A stretch of 64,000 nt of DNA from Candidatus Moraniibacteriota bacterium (GTDB lineage: Bacteria > Patescibacteriota > Minisyncoccia > Moranbacterales > UBA2206), in NCBI GenBank assembly GCA_049303795.1, contig JBAQNM010000005.1:286381-350380 (forward strand). Direction: 5' to 3'. Made by a program: the position numbers and the translations under genes. The notes beneath the pieces are model-generated. The model saw nothing but the letters and a program-made list of their open reading frames with translations, made no database searches and had not been told where the DNA came from. Shown here one piece after another: positions 58,922-64,000 of this stretch (position 1 is its first letter; each line of letters begins with the position of its first letter).

Positions 58922-59209
58922 ATGAATAAAAAAGAATCTTTAGAAAAATTAATCGCAGAAAGTGAGCTGGGCCAAGAAGATAAAAAGTTTTGGAATTTTT
59001 TCATCTCTGCTGCTCCAGATGTTTTAATTGAAAATATTAATGAACTACTAGCAGAGTTTCCAGAAAAACTTTCCTGGTTGACTCAAATCTATCAACGAAA
59101 AAAAGAAGCTTTTTTGATTGCAAATACTGATAAAGAAAAAAGTAAAGAGCTTCTAGCGCAAATATATAAAGAAGAAAAGGAAATGCTGGTCAGTCTTATA
59201 AAAGAATAA
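58922..59209 (+). CDS. Hypothetical 95-aa helical protein (likely leaderless mRNA)
   Basis: ORF starting MNKKESLEK at the predicted TSS; the track ORF starts upstream at 58886 inside the promoter. Confidence 0.4.
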   Translation: MNKKESLEKLIAESELGQEDKKFWNFFISAAPDVLIENINELLAEFPEKLSWLTQIYQRKKEAFLIANTDKEKSKELLAQIYKEEKEMLVSLIKE

Positions 59210-59219
59210 CAACAAACTT

Positions 59220-59828
59220 ATGGTTTTTGAATTTAGTAACAACCTATCTGGAGAAACAAACAAGGCTATTCAAAGAGCCAGAGAAGAATTAAGCGTTCCA
59301 GGGAATGAAAAGGATAGACTGCTAAGAGAAAAAGAGGAAATGGTCATGGAACAGATAAAACAAGAAGCAGAAACACTTAATGGACCTAGTAATATTTTTT
59401 CAAAAATGACAGAAAAGGCGCAGAAAATATATAAAGCATTCTGCTTTACGGTTCTGTTATCAACCTCTTTTGCGGCTTTTACGGAAGATGCAGAAGCCGG
59501 CAGAAGACATCATGGAGGTAATTATAGTGATTTTCTCAAAGAGGCAGTTGGAGATGTAATTGGAAATATGCCCCGCGATATGCAAAGACAACAAAGAAGA
59601 ATGGAGAAACAAGAAGACCGACAACAAAGAAGAATGGAAAAGCAGGAAGATCGATGGCAAAAACAAGAAGCAGCAAAAAATTATCAATACGAACAACAAA
59701 GACAAGAAGCACTTTCAAAATATCGATCAGCCATCTCTCAAGCAAAAAGCGACGCAGAACTGCAAATTGCAAGAGAAAAATATGATCTAGAGGTTCAAGC
59801 GATAAATTCAGCTGAACGAGGAGAATAA
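59220..59828 (+). CDS. Hypothetical secreted/anchored protein with tandem QQRRMEKQEDR repeat
   Basis: Internal hydrophobic segment AFCFTVLLSTSFAAFT, then a charged region with a 2 x 33-bp tandem DNA repeat (59589-59654). Confidence 0.4.
   Translation: MVFEFSNNLSGETNKAIQRAREELSVPGNEKDRLLREKEEMVMEQIKQEAETLNGPSNIFSKMTEKAQKIYKAFCFTVLLSTSFAAFTEDAEAGRRHHGGNYSDFLKEAVGDVIGNMPRDMQRQQRRMEKQEDRQQRRMEKQEDRWQKQEAAKNYQYEQQRQEALSKYRSAISQAKSDAELQIAREKYDLEVQAINSAERGE
59589..59654 (+). repeat. Tandem direct repeat, 2 x 33 bp, in frame within a CDS
   Basis: caacaaagaagaatggagaaacaagaagaccga followed by caacaaagaagaatggaaaagcaggaagatcga. Confidence 0.5.
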
Positions 59829-59844
59829 CTTATCTGGAAATTTC

Positions 59845-59878
59845 AAAAAACATCTCAAATTATCGAGGTGTTTTTTTA
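59845..59878 (+). terminator. Rho-independent terminator
   Basis: acatctc-aaattatc-gaggtgt stem (one G-U pair) followed by ttttttt. Confidence 0.5.
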
Positions 59879-59980
59879 TGGAAAAATCAATAACCCCACT
59901 CAAACAGGTCGAATTATACAAATTTTAAAAAATATGATAATCTAAAATAACGAAAAATAAGTCCCTAGGTAATTGCCAAT

Positions 59981-61162
59981 ATGTTTGAAAGAACAAAAAA
60001 TCTAAGACTTTCAGTGATTAAGCAAATGGAATTGCGAGCTTCGAAATTTCCTGATGTGATTTCTTTGGCGCAAGGCGTGCCCAGTTTCGATACACCGGAA
60101 TGTATAAAAAGAAGGGTAGAGAAAGCACTCTATGATGGTGTTGTAGCAAAATATTCCCTCTCCCCTGGCCTACCGGAACTGCGCGAGTTAATTGAAATAA
60201 AATTGGCCGAGCAAAATATGTTCTATGATTGGAAAAATGAAATCATCATCACTGCCGGATCGATAGAAGGGATAACCGCAACCATTCTCGCCATCACTAA
60301 TCCAGGAGATGAAATAATTATTCCTGAGCCAACCTACACATCATATCGAGAAGTGATTATTTTGGCAGGTTGCCAGCCAGTTTTCGTTGCACTGGATGAG
60401 AATAAGGATTGGGCATTTGAAATTGAAAAATATGAAAAAGCCATCACACCAAAAACTAAAGCTATTTTTTATTGCAATCCCAATAATCCCACCGGAACAA
60501 TTTATTCCAAGGAGCAACTCATGGAACTCGCAGCTCTAGCTGAAAAGCACAATCTTTATCTAATTTCTGATGAAGTATATAAAGATTTCATTTTTGGAAC
60601 TAGTGAGCAAATCTTCAGTTTGGCGGAAATTCCTGAACTGCGAAAAAGAGTAATCAGACTTTTCAGCTTTTCCAAATCCTACGCCATGACCGGTTGGCGC
60701 ATCGGCTATCTTCATGGTGATGAAAACGTTGTTCGTGAAATTTTGAAAGTCCATGATTCACTCGTAACTTGCGCCCCGGTAATTTCCCAATATGCTGCCA
60801 TGGGAGCACTTGAAATGGGAGAAAAAGATGTGGAATTTTTCAATAAGGAATATCGGAAAAGACGCGATCTGACTTGCCGTCGCTTGGACAAACTGGGAAA
60901 TGTTTTCAGCTACGTCAAGCCAGTTAGCGCCTATTATGCTTTTCCAAAAATTATTAAAGGAGATATTGCTTTTGGAAATCAGAATTGCGAGGATAGCCTG
61001 TCTTGGAAATTCGCTCTATGGCTTTTGGAAAAAATTCAAGTCGCGGTTGTTCCCGGTGTCGCTTTTGGACCAAACGGGGAAGAGCATCTTCGTATTAGTT
61101 TTGGTCGCAGTGAAAATGATCTCAACCGAGCATTTGATCGAATGGAAAAATTATTCAAGTAA
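59981..61162 (+). CDS. Class I/II PLP-dependent aminotransferase (aspartate/aromatic aminotransferase-like)
   Basis: SFSKSYAMTGWRIGY PLP-lysine motif, with fold-type I layout and length of 393 aa. Confidence 0.8.
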   Translation: MFERTKNLRLSVIKQMELRASKFPDVISLAQGVPSFDTPECIKRRVEKALYDGVVAKYSLSPGLPELRELIEIKLAEQNMFYDWKNEIIITAGSIEGITATILAITNPGDEIIIPEPTYTSYREVIILAGCQPVFVALDENKDWAFEIEKYEKAITPKTKAIFYCNPNNPTGTIYSKEQLMELAALAEKHNLYLISDEVYKDFIFGTSEQIFSLAEIPELRKRVIRLFSFSKSYAMTGWRIGYLHGDENVVREILKVHDSLVTCAPVISQYAAMGALEMGEKDVEFFNKEYRKRRDLTCRRLDKLGNVFSYVKPVSAYYAFPKIIKGDIAFGNQNCEDSLSWKFALWLLEKIQVAVVPGVAFGPNGEEHLRISFGRSENDLNRAFDRMEKLFK

Positions 61163-61193
61163 TGTCATTCCCGTGAAGACGGGAATCCAGTGT
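61163..61193. repeat. Palindromic repeat copy 1 (tgtcattcccgt-gaag-acgggaatccagtg)
   Basis: Its inverted-repeat arms are identical to the arms of a second copy at 62685-62733. Confidence 0.4.
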
Positions 61194-61239
61194 TAAACTA
61201 TTTTAGCATTTAAAGCTTAATAGTAAATAGAGAAAATTT

Positions 61240-62001
61240 ATGAAATTTTTTTTCAAAACAATCCTAAAATATTATTTAAAATATATTACCAAATTGGTTT
61301 TAGCGATTCACCAACCAACTATTATTGCTATTTCCGGCAGTAGCAATAAAACGTTTATCCGAGAAGAAATAAAAAAAATTCTCACAGAGCAAGGCAAAAC
61401 TGTCAGGGCTAATCCGAAAAACTTCAACACCGAAATCGGCTTACCCTTGGCAATTCTTAATATCAAAAGTGGCTATAACTCCTACCGAGCTTGGCTTCCC
61501 GTTATTTTTTCCGCTTTTCTTTCTATTTTTCAAAAAAACTTTCCCCGCTATTTAGTTTTGGAACTAGGAGTTTCAAAGAAGAATGACATGCGCTACTTGC
61601 TTTCAATTGTTAGCCCAAAAATTTCTATTATTTCCGAAATCACCCAAAGATATTTGGAATCTTTTTCTGGGATGGACAGCATGGTGCGCGAGTATAAATA
61701 TTTAGTCAGTCACACGCATAAAAATGGTTTCGTGATTTTGAATTATGATAATGCACGAGTGAGAAATCTAGCCAAAAAAGCAACGGCGCGAGTTGAATAT
61801 TTTGGTTTGAGTAATAATCAAATAGGTTGGAAAATTGAAGATATAATTAAAACCGAAAAAGGTCAAAATTTTACCCTCATTCATAATGATAAAAAAGAAG
61901 CATTTTCCATAAATCGTTTCGGAGAACATCACTGCCATGCTTTCACTGTAGGCAAAATTTTGGAAAACCTTTTAATTCATACTAAAAATAAGAAGTATTA
62001 G
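61240..62001 (+). CDS. Truncated Mur-ligase-like protein (MurF N-terminal/central domain homolog with degenerate P-loop)
   Basis: IIAISGSSNKTFIRE and NFNTEIGLPLAILN parallel the MurF motifs IIAITGSNGKTTTKE and NFNNEIGVPLTLL. Only 253 aa with no C-terminal domain, and the Gly of GKT is replaced (SNKT). Confidence 0.45.
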   Translation: MKFFFKTILKYYLKYITKLVLAIHQPTIIAISGSSNKTFIREEIKKILTEQGKTVRANPKNFNTEIGLPLAILNIKSGYNSYRAWLPVIFSAFLSIFQKNFPRYLVLELGVSKKNDMRYLLSIVSPKISIISEITQRYLESFSGMDSMVREYKYLVSHTHKNGFVILNYDNARVRNLAKKATARVEYFGLSNNQIGWKIEDIIKTEKGQNFTLIHNDKKEAFSINRFGEHHCHAFTVGKILENLLIHTKNKKY

Positions 62002-62153
62002 CGAAAAATTCAAAGGCAATTCTAGCGATTTTGCTTTTTTTCCGTGTTTGACAGAAATGCTGTTCAGTGGTATGCTTATAAGTCTAGTTTTTTAACATAC
62101 AGCTTACTAGGTTCTAGCGAGCTTAACCCAAAACAATAAAAAGAAGGAAGAAA

Positions 62154-62582
62154 ATGATGATGAAAAAAATGGCGTTGGCAATGGTGATAATGGCAATCGG
62201 CATGTTTATATCCTCAACCAAAGCAACGGCAACAGAAGTCGAAATATTACGCTCCGAAGATACGGCTGAGTTCAATAGTTTCGTCGACATGCTTGATGAG
62301 GATAAAGATGGAACAACTGCGGAGGTCGATTTCGGAGATGAGAAGTATGTCATCTTCTACAAAACCATAGAAACGGGAGTCACCAAGGAAAAAATTGCCG
62401 AAATAAACGTGATGGCTGCCACTCCCAATAGCGGAGAGACCATGAGGGTCCTCTCTGATAAGACATACACATTAAGTGTTGACGGCAAGGTCACTTTTCC
62501 GATTGGTTTTACAGTTAACACGGAATTAAAAAAAGAGTTTTTTTATGGACCATGCAAGGTCTTCGTAAAACTCAAAAAGTAA
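62154..62582 (+). CDS. Hypothetical secreted protein
   Basis: MMMKKMALAMVIMAIGMFISSTKATA signal peptide; AAGGAAG RBS; elevated GC. Confidence 0.4.
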   Translation: MMMKKMALAMVIMAIGMFISSTKATATEVEILRSEDTAEFNSFVDMLDEDKDGTTAEVDFGDEKYVIFYKTIETGVTKEKIAEINVMAATPNSGETMRVLSDKTYTLSVDGKVTFPIGFTVNTELKKEFFYGPCKVFVKLKK

Positions 62583-62619
62583 ACACCCATTCACCTCCCC
62601 TGCCCCTTCTTTTTCAAAC

Positions 62620-62665
62620 CAAAAAACCGGCCTAGTCTATTGACGAAGTCGGCTTTTTATTTGAT
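62620..62665 (+). terminator. Rho-independent terminator
   Basis: aaaaaaccggcc...gtcggcttttta stem-loop with a T-tract. Confidence 0.45.
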
Positions 62666-62684
62666 ACAAAAAGATACCCTTTTT

Positions 62685-62733
62685 GTCATTCCCGTCCCCG
62701 TTTTCACGAGGATAAACTACGGCGGGAATCCAG
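62685..62733. repeat. Palindromic repeat copy 2 (tgtcattcccgt...cgggaatccagt with a longer internal loop)
   Basis: Same terminal arms as copy 1 but 29 nt of different internal sequence. Confidence 0.4.
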
Positions 62734-62782
62734 TCTCAAATCTCTTGACTCATAAACTAGATCTACTTTTCGACAGCAATGA

Positions 62783-62812
62783 CAGAAAAAATACCCCGCG
62801 AAGGGTATTTTT
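62783..62812. terminator. Bidirectional rho-independent terminator
   Basis: aaaaaataccc-cgcgaa-gggtattttttaaa: perfect 6-bp GC-rich stem flanked by an A-run and a T-run. Confidence 0.55.
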
Positions 62813-62838
62813 TAAATTGAAAGAAAAATATTTTAAAA

Positions 62839-63183
62839 TTATTTCTTCTTAGTTTTTACTTCTTTACTAATAGTTTTCCAATGTTTTTTCAAATCGCTGG
62901 CCAATTCTGCAATTTCCTCTTTGCCCGCTTTGGCTTTTTTTGTGTATTCTGCTGCGATAACGTCAATGGTCTTATGATAAATTGGCTCAGTCACTTCCTG
63001 CACCTTCTCAAGTTTTTCAATCACATCACCTTTCATCTTAATTGCCCAAGCCTTAACAATCTTCTGATGCTTTTTTCCTTTTGGACCAAAGAAAAAATAA
63101 GCTGTTGCGGCAATTCCAGCAAGACTGGCTCCGAGAACTGCCAACTTTGCTGCATTACCACTTTCGGTTTTCTTTTTTTGCAT
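62839..63183 (-). CDS. YtxH-like (DUF948-associated) small membrane-anchored protein
   Basis: N-terminal TM followed by GPKGKK...coiled region, resembling the YtxH consensus (APKSGKE). Confidence 0.4.
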   Translation of the reverse strand: MQKKKTESGNAAKLAVLGASLAGIAATAYFFFGPKGKKHQKIVKAWAIKMKGDVIEKLEKVQEVTEPIYHKTIDVIAAEYTKKAKAGKEEIAELASDLKKHWKTISKEVKTKKK

Positions 63184-63205
63184 AGTATTTTTTATTATAA
63201 ATTAT

Positions 63206-63478
63206 TTACTTTTTATTTCTCACTTTTTTCACCGTTTTCTTTTTTTTAATCAAGGGAAAGAAAAAATTTAGAATTGGATTATTTTCCAATCTTTCCTTTA
63301 ATTCCAAAATAAATTCCTCGGAATCGTTAAAACTTTCCTGCAACTTTTCAGAAAGAAGTGCGAGATTTTTTCCGGCTTTGATAAAATAAAATAAAGCAAT
63401 TGAAAATAAAATAGTTAGGACAATAAAGCCCACCGAAGAGATAAAAAAGAATATATTTGCTTGAATTAATGTTTCCAT
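63206..63478 (-). CDS. DUF948/YtxG-like small membrane protein
   Basis: N-terminal TM helix then a helical charged region; adjacent to the YtxH-like gene as in Firmicutes ytxG-ytxH pairs. Confidence 0.35.
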   Translation of the reverse strand: METLIQANIFFFISSVGFIVLTILFSIALFYFIKAGKNLALLSEKLQESFNDSEEFILELKERLENNPILNFFFPLIKKKKTVKKVRNKK

Positions 63479-63642
63479 ATCTTTAAGTATAGCATAAAAA
63501 TAGCGACTTGTAAATCACTGCTCTTTTTTATTTTTTCAAACACCCTTATTTTCCAAAAAATTCGGATAAAAAAACGGGGTCCTATTCTCCAATAGGCACC
63601 CCGGATGAGATTATATTTATAATCAACCGCTTTGTTTTTCAA

Positions 63643-63969
63643 TCAAGCCGGTTTTTTCTTTTTTCTGACTTTCTTTTTTGGCTTCGTTTTTCGCAGATCA
63701 CCGAGCTGCCTTTTTAGTCCGCCGATATAGCCTTCCAGTTCTTTTATTTTCTTCTTGGCATTATTTAACGCATCAGAAACTTCCGCCAAGTTCTGCCTAC
63801 AAAGCTCTGTCGCTTTATTTGCAGCCTTAATTTCTTCGTCTTTCCGAAGCAATGCTGCGCGAAGATCCTCATTTGCCTTGGCGTAAATATTCGCCTGACC
63901 GAGCTCATCAAGACAATTAATTAGGCTGGCCTTATCTCTTCCGTAATCCTCGATAATGCCCTTCATCAA
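63643..63969 (-). CDS. Hypothetical coiled-coil protein with basic C-terminal tail (5' end may extend beyond the window)
   Basis: 108-aa ORF; the reading frame stays open upstream to the window edge; elevated GC. Confidence 0.35.
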   Translation of the reverse strand: MMKGIIEDYGRDKASLINCLDELGQANIYAKANEDLRAALLRKDEEIKAANKATELCRQNLAEVSDALNNAKKKIKELEGYIGGLKRQLGDLRKTKPKKKVRKKKKPA

Positions 63970-64000
63970 TTTAACAGCGTTACCATATAACCCATCGCTG

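Noticed and set aside
59460-59790. Minus and plus-strand ORFs overlapping the repeat-containing protein gene
   Set aside because: They are products of the repetitive A/G-rich sequence. The plus-frame 59220-59828 has a signal segment and a terminator downstream.
60560-61196. Minus ORF 60560-60754 and plus ORF 60900-61196 inside or at the end of the aminotransferase gene
   Set aside because: They overlap a clearly conserved PLP-aminotransferase frame.
1-64000. tRNA, rRNA, CRISPR arrays, transposases/integrases
   Set aside because: No cloverleaf-like conserved T-arm motifs appear in any intergenic gap >70 bp, there are no rRNA-like conserved stretches, no regularly spaced direct repeats, and no transposase/integrase-like ORFs.

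Overview
This is a low-GC (about 33-36%) bacterial chromosomal segment. The first roughly 54 kb are almost entirely minus-strand genes. I infer a Candidate Phyla Radiation / Patescibacteria-like origin from the r-protein cluster lacking L30 (S5 runs straight into L15), K/E/A-rich C-terminal tails on L22 and S19, a Zn-ribbon on L24, a GT39 (PMT) homologue, and many small anchored proteins. This is an inference from sequence, not a database result.

Contents, in coordinate order:
- 1-7.7 kb: partial class II fba, tpiA, a small membrane protein, a galT-like HIT uridylyltransferase, a GT2, an AlkD-like glycosylase, argS, ruvX, map and adk.
- 7.8-18.4 kb: secY, then the S10-spc supercluster from rplO back to rpsJ with no rpmD.
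- 18.5-23.4 kb: the str operon (rpsL-rpsG-fusA-tuf), with a 92-aa ORF inserted between fusA and tuf.
- 23.4-34.4 kb: an insertion carrying an M50 protease, rpmB (the only plus-strand gene in the first 47 kb), ndk, recA, a RodZ-like protein, ftsK, a Cys-rich anchored protein, a GDYXXLXY + DUF2157 membrane pair, an LnuA-like nucleotidyltransferase and an acidic coiled-coil protein.
- 34.6-41.7 kb: rpoC and rpoB, with a near-consensus promoter and leader hairpin upstream, but no rplKAJL.
- 42-64 kb accessory region:
  - a 769-aa anchored protein;
  - a GC-elevated two-gene secreted cassette and a Cys-rich small protein;
  - an M23 peptidase and a K-rich tail-anchored protein;
  - a MEMO1-like anchored protein translationally coupled to a 1594-aa alpha-2-macroglobulin-like protein with a CVEQ thioester motif;
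  - a divergent GT-C membrane protein plus a PMT/GT39 pair, and a metallophosphoesterase;
  - several small secreted or repeat proteins, a class I/II aminotransferase, a truncated MurF-like protein with a degenerate P-loop, and a YtxH/DUF948-like pair.

I found no rRNA, tRNA, CRISPR array or transposase/integrase. All regulatory calls are from manual motif reading.
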